Positions 59,237 to 64,000 of a stretch of 64,000 nt of DNA are shown here, piece after piece. The stretch is from Balamuthia mandrillaris (taxonomy: Eukaryota): assembly GCA_031835245.2 (NCBI GenBank), contig JAVKOQ020000005.1:434001-498000 (forward strand), in the 5' to 3' direction. The first letter of the stretch is position 1. Each line of letters starts with the position of its first letter. The notes below the pieces were generated by a model that searched no databases, was not told the DNA's origin, and saw only the letters and a program-made list of their open reading frames with translations. Both the position numbers and the translations under genes were made by a program.

Positions 59237-61122
59237 TCACGCAATGTCGTTGCTGGAAAAGATGAGAGCCATTTTTAACAAAGCATACGCTGCGTTGCTA
59301 ACTTGTGGTTGGAAGGGATGTGCATCCTCTCTCTTTTCGAAACCAGAAGCGAAGCCCTTTACCATTGTATCGCTATAATATCAAACAAAACATGAAATAA
59401 ATATAACACCAAAACCAATTGACGTGCTGAATGAACTCTCCTTCTCAATACGCACCGCAAAGCCCATTTTATGACTAGATAATTGGATTCAAGTTCCGCT
59501 ATGCCTGTCATTCCGCTATTCAATGCTTGGTCTCCTGCTAAGGCCATCTTCAGCGCTTTGTCCTCCATCACCATCCATTCACCAAATGTTGTTTCTCCTT
59601 TCGTAAATGTACAGCGGGTGTAAGCCATGTCAAAGTCCAGTGGGGCTAGAAACCGTCCTGCTTCATTGCTCTTCTCCTACGCAGCCAAGAGACACGGTGT
59701 GGTGAGAGAAGCAGAGACTGAGAAGAGAGAGAAGCAAGAAGCGAGAACAGAGCACAGAACGAGAGATGAGGAGATGGGCGCGTACATGGGGGAGCAAAAC
59801 AAGATTATTAGGATGGCTGTTGCAATGGGTGCCGAGGCTGTCAACATAAGTGCCCCAACTAATGTCGTTATCTCGTAGAACACGTTGTATCTGTCCTGCT
59901 TCTCTTCCAACGCGCCAGAACAGGTAGGCTAGCAGTGACATTGATTCCGCACTCGTTGAAGATGAGTTGAGTTCGTTCAAGTGAGCAACTAGCTGCGTGC
60001 TGGCGTCCTTCCATGTCTCCAAGAAGAGAGTGGACACACCAGCACTGACAATGAATTGCTCCAAAGTGTCTTCAAGTATGTCCGCCCGTTCAATGGGCAG
60101 CAGCACACAATCCACCAGTTCTTCATCCGGGCCATCCATTAAAACGTGCATCCAGGTCTCCATCACTCCTCCGGTAACGTCTTCTTGCAGACGAGAAGGA
60201 GGAAAGAGAGCCAACAGAGTAGGACCAACTTTCTCTGGGGCCACAAGCAGAGGCAGCAGTCGCTCGAGGCCCACCAGCACATGGTCACCCAGTCGCTTCT
60301 CTCCCAAACATTCGTAGATAGCGCAAGTTCGCTTTACGCTTGCAAACGGTTCCTCTGGCAGAGAGTACTCCCACCAACCTTTTCGGTTTGTTTGTCTTAT
60401 TGTGTTAACGTTAATAAGCAAGATGCAAGGAGCAAGGAGCAAACCAACCAAAAGGAGTATTGGCCACAGGGATACCCAACGGCCGCAACAGCTCTTCAAT
60501 GTGGGCCGACATAAACAGCTCCCGACTGCTAGTGTGCGCGAACATGCAACCCCGTATCTCAACGAAGGTGGAGACGGTGTCTTTATCCTTCTCAAGCCTT
60601 TCCCGAAGCTCCTTCGGCAGGTCTGAGGTTTTCATCGTTCGCAACGGAAATCCGCCGTAAAGATCTCCACAGCCTTTCAGCCTGAACCACCGGTTCTCCA
60701 CTTTTATCAGGGCGGATCGCCGCCCGCTTTGTATCCCTTCTATGCTTCCGCCTTCCTCCTTCAGGAGTGGGCGACAAAAGAAGGCCTCTACCGCGTCCTT
60801 TCAAGGTTGCTTTGATCAATAATACCCCTTATAACGCCACAGAGCAGCAACTTCAGTCGTTGAAAGGCGAGCGTACCTCCTCGTTCAGCGGCTCGGACAG
60901 CTTGAGACAAGGGGCAAACGCCGGGATGTCAGGCAGCACAAGGTCTCTCCCATCCTCCTTCTTGCAAACAAATGCGGCGGCCTCGTTCGAGGCGTGACCG
61001 CCTTCTGGCAACTCGAACGAGCGGTTGTGTTGGTAACGAAAAGCGGAGCCATCCACTCGGCCGAAGCGAACCGGCACAGAGCCAAAGTACAACAGGTCTT
61101 GCTTCTCCTCCTCCTCCGCCAT
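59237..61122 (-). CDS. SelO-like / atypical kinase-fold protein, 5 exons
   Basis: Spliced SGRRSAL..WFRLKGCG...EIRG....SRELFMS....LGIPVAN, HCNSHPNNLV, LAPLDFDMAY. All introns are GT-AG and restore frame. Confidence 0.7.
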
Positions 61123-61220
61123 TTTTCTGCCCTCCTCTGGGGTATTGTTATTTGCTCTGTATTAAGTTTTTATTAAGCAGCTTAATAAAAACCGACAAAA
61201 AGAAAAGCAAAGCAAAAACG

Positions 61221-62676
61221 ATGGAAGAAAAAGTGGAACACAATCCAGATCTGTTGTTGCTGCAAGGAGAGAGCTTTGGTGACAGTACGCTCAAGTTTGG
61301 GGAGGGGGAGTACGATCTGGCCACTTCTCTCTACGATGACGGCAGGCGGTTCGTGATAGGCGGCTTTTACGAACTGTCTCGCAACGTAGAGAAAGGCCTG
61401 GACCTGCTCTTCCAAGCCGCAGAGTTGGGCTGCGAAGGAGCAAAATGGGACTTGCAGTGCCTCATTTCCTCTGAACAAGTTGGGGCAACAGAACGAAAAG
61501 AAGGAGAACCGGTTCCAGTCATCGACTGGAACCAAGCGCTTCAGATTTATCGTCGGTTAGCTTTGCTTGCAGCTGCGTCAAGGAGGGCGAAGTATGAAAA
61601 GCTTGTTACTAACATCACCCTCGTTTGCACAGAGAAGCAAAGAAGGACAATCCCTTGGCTGTTGTCAACATTGGGGTATGTTATGATAAGGGCTACGGTG
61701 TTCCTTGTGACCGAAGGTTCGTAGCCTTTTTCCTGTTGTTTGGACTTTGAGACCCACAGCCGCCTTACACGGTCCAAACGGCAGCGTGGCCTTCAAGTTC
61801 TTTCGAAAGGCCGCCCGTTTGGGCAGCTGTAAGGGCATATACAACCTGGGAGCCTACTACGACAGGGGACTGGGCACTACCAGTGCCCCAGCCTTAGGCC
61901 TTCTTTGTTTCCAGGAAGCTGCACGGCGCAACTATCCAGCAGCCATCTTCTACATGGGCGTGTGCTACACGTTTGGTAAGGGGGTGGCCCACGATCAAGC
62001 CAAAGGTCAGCAGCTCTATCTCAAGGCGGCGGAGATGGGTATGCCAGTTGCTATGCGTTACGTTGCTGATTGCTTCTTCCACAAGCGGGACCAGACGCAG
62101 AACGCGCTCTTTCAGGCCCTACGGTTCTACATTAAAGGTAGCACAGAGGGTGACATCGACTGCTGGAAGGGTTTAAGCCGTTGTATTGTTGTTGGACTTA
62201 AAAACGGGGCCATCTCAGAGAAAAGGCCAAAGCAGCGAAGAGAAAGTGAAAGCCATGACAAGGCTGAAGAGATAGACACAGGAGATCAAGGGCGGACAGC
62301 TGGAATGTGGATAACGGAAGAGGAATTACCGCAGCCTCCTGCCTTGGCAGAAGCTGGATATGTTGTTGGAGAGTACTCTGTACCTTGCCTGTATGACGTT
62401 TGTTGCCTACACTTTTACCTGCGATATCGTAGAGATGCACGAGCAAGAGAGAGGATGCAGCAACAACTTCCAGAAGATGTAAATGATAGACTTCGTCTTG
62501 GTGTCCTTCAGTGTGCGAATCCTTACTGTTGTAATGTCTTCTTTGGCAAAGGAAGGGTACAACGGACCTTCATTCGCTCTGTAAGCTCAGAAGAAGAAGA
62601 AGAAGAAGAAGTAGAAGAAGATGCAGTTCTTCGGTTTTGTAGCACAAACTGCTTTCAGGCATTGTTAAATACATAA
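61221..62676 (+). CDS. Sel1-like repeat protein, 3 exons
   Basis: AVVNIGVCYDKGYGVPCD|SVAFKFFRKAARLG, IYNLGAYYDRGLG, AIFYMGVCYTFGKGVAHDQAKG..LYLKAAEMG. Cys-containing C-terminus. Confidence 0.85.
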
Positions 62677-62698
62677 AGTGGAAAAACTTTCGTTTTTA

Positions 62699-63482
62699 TT
62701 ACTGCCTATCTGTAGCACAAGCATTCGTGCACTTTTGGAAGCATTGGTCCATGCACTTCCCGTCCAACAGATCCTGGTGGGGGGCAGTGGAAGGACAGGC
62801 ATACATTGAGGTCCACTGCAGATAATATGTAGTTAGCTTTCCATCATTTGTCTGTTCTGGGTTACCAACAGCAAGCCTGCCTGGAACCACTGACTCGTCA
62901 CAAATGAACTCGATGCTGCTTTGTCTATTGTCTCCATTTGTGAAGAAAAGTTTGAAGCCTTTGTCACCTTCTGGATTTGAGTCCCTTGCAGACCAAGTTA
63001 CTGATTCGTTCTCGCCAAGGGCCCAGTAATTGTTGTTGCTGTCCTGTTGACAAACGGCTGGGTGTGGGTAGTTCCCGGTCTCAGTACACCTTTGTAATGG
63101 TTTGGGTTTGTTACAAAAATGTGTAAGAAGAGAACGATGAAGAGAAGAGAACGATGAAGAGAAGAGAAGAGAACGACGAAGAGAAGAGAACGACGAAGAG
63201 AAGAGAAGAGAAGAGAACGACGAAGAGAAGAGAACGACGAAGAGAAGATGAAGAGAGAACAGAACAAAAAGAAAGGACGTACTTTTGTTGTGTTACCACT
63301 CCACAAAGCATGTAATAGTAGAAGCCATGTTGGCCTTGCACACTGACTTCAGTTCCTTGTAATGCAGAAATGTCATAATAATATTGTCCCAATCTCCCTT
63401 CGCATGAGCTCTCACCAAAGACAAGACCAGCACTGATTGTAATGGATAACACAACAAGCACAACAAACAATCGGAGTGGCAT
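62699..63482 (-). CDS. Secreted MRH (mannose-6-phosphate receptor homology / ATG27-like) domain protein, 2 exons
   Basis: Signal peptide, YYYDISAL, YYYMLCG, AVCQ.....WALG, F.NG.....SSIEFICD, Y.LQWTSMYACP. Confidence 0.8.
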
Positions 63483-63582
63483 GTGGAATAAACTTGCAGC
63501 CCTTTCTTCTTTCCTACTTTTTTGTTTTATAAAAAAAACAAATGAAAATAATGCTATTTTATTAATAATTAAGTAAAATACG

Positions 63583-63656
<74 letters not shown>

Positions 63657-63745
63657 ACTGAGAGGTGATAATAACCACAAAAACACCAGGGAGTACTCCG
63701 TCAACTTTTGCAGAGAGATACCAGCGATTACCAGTGAAGAACAAA

Positions 63746-64000
63746 ATGGTTGAGCCGTGGTTCCCTATCCGCCGCAACCAACGAAAAGCAAAGGGGGGGT
63801 AAACCATTATTTCCTCCTCGTGGGTATCCTGACACAGGCGCCTCGGAAAGCAAGGTCGTTCAGCCCTACTGGTCAAGTCAACTGAAGCGCCTTTCGAAGC
63901 TCTTTCCAGACCTGCCTATCACCTTGGTGGATGCTTACAACAAGGTGTCTTTCGGCAGGCGCAAGCCAGACGTTGTGGGCTACTTGAAGGACAAACCAAC
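63746..64000 (+). CDS. Partial ORF running off the window, with an RKPD motif
   Basis: Open frame MVEPWFP...SESKVVQPYW...LVDAYNKVSFGRRKPDVVGYLKDKP with no stop. Also open a short way upstream (STPSTFA). Confidence 0.4.

Noticed and set aside
60795..60810. In-frame TGA before the SelO-like second exon, possible selenocysteine
   Set aside because: It lies in the intron just before the acceptor (tgaaag|GAC). Normal splicing removes it.
1..64000. CRISPR arrays, transposases, retroelements or viral genes
   Set aside because: No repeat-spacer array and no transposase, reverse transcriptase, integrase or capsid motifs were seen. Repeats are simple microsatellites.

Overview
Gene-dense, intron-rich eukaryotic nuclear DNA, not prokaryotic. 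The 5S rRNA resembles the Acanthamoeba 5S as I recall it, so an amoebozoan (Acanthamoeba/Balamuthia-like) source is inferred. About 30 protein genes can be rebuilt by hand across introns, including MRPL34 (3' end), CPSF1, 14-3-3, MRPL52, HSP104, GOLGA7, ERG24-type sterol reductase, a bacterial-type DHFR, a PHD-FYR protein, enoyl-CoA isomerase, an F-box protein, an LPCAT-like acyltransferase, a mini-syntaxin, SART3, an NCS1 permease, NUDT5, RapGAP, a Y-family polymerase, a SelO-like protein, and Sel1 and MRH proteins. There is one tRNA-Trp and two identical, oppositely oriented 5S rRNA genes. Best leads: (1) an LRR-coiled coil-kinase-RING/Rcat fusion whose LRRs sit on five exact 84-nt phase-1 exons, head-to-head with an unusual F-box gene; (2) a textbook AT-AC U12 intron in CPSF1; (3) 5S genes with conserved flanks and upstream 5S-derived fragments; (4) a SelO-like kinase-fold protein; (5) two unexplained structured non-coding islands; (6) a recurrent TGTCGACA palindrome near gene starts. 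Exon boundaries are manual and need RNA-seq confirmation. No database searches were run.
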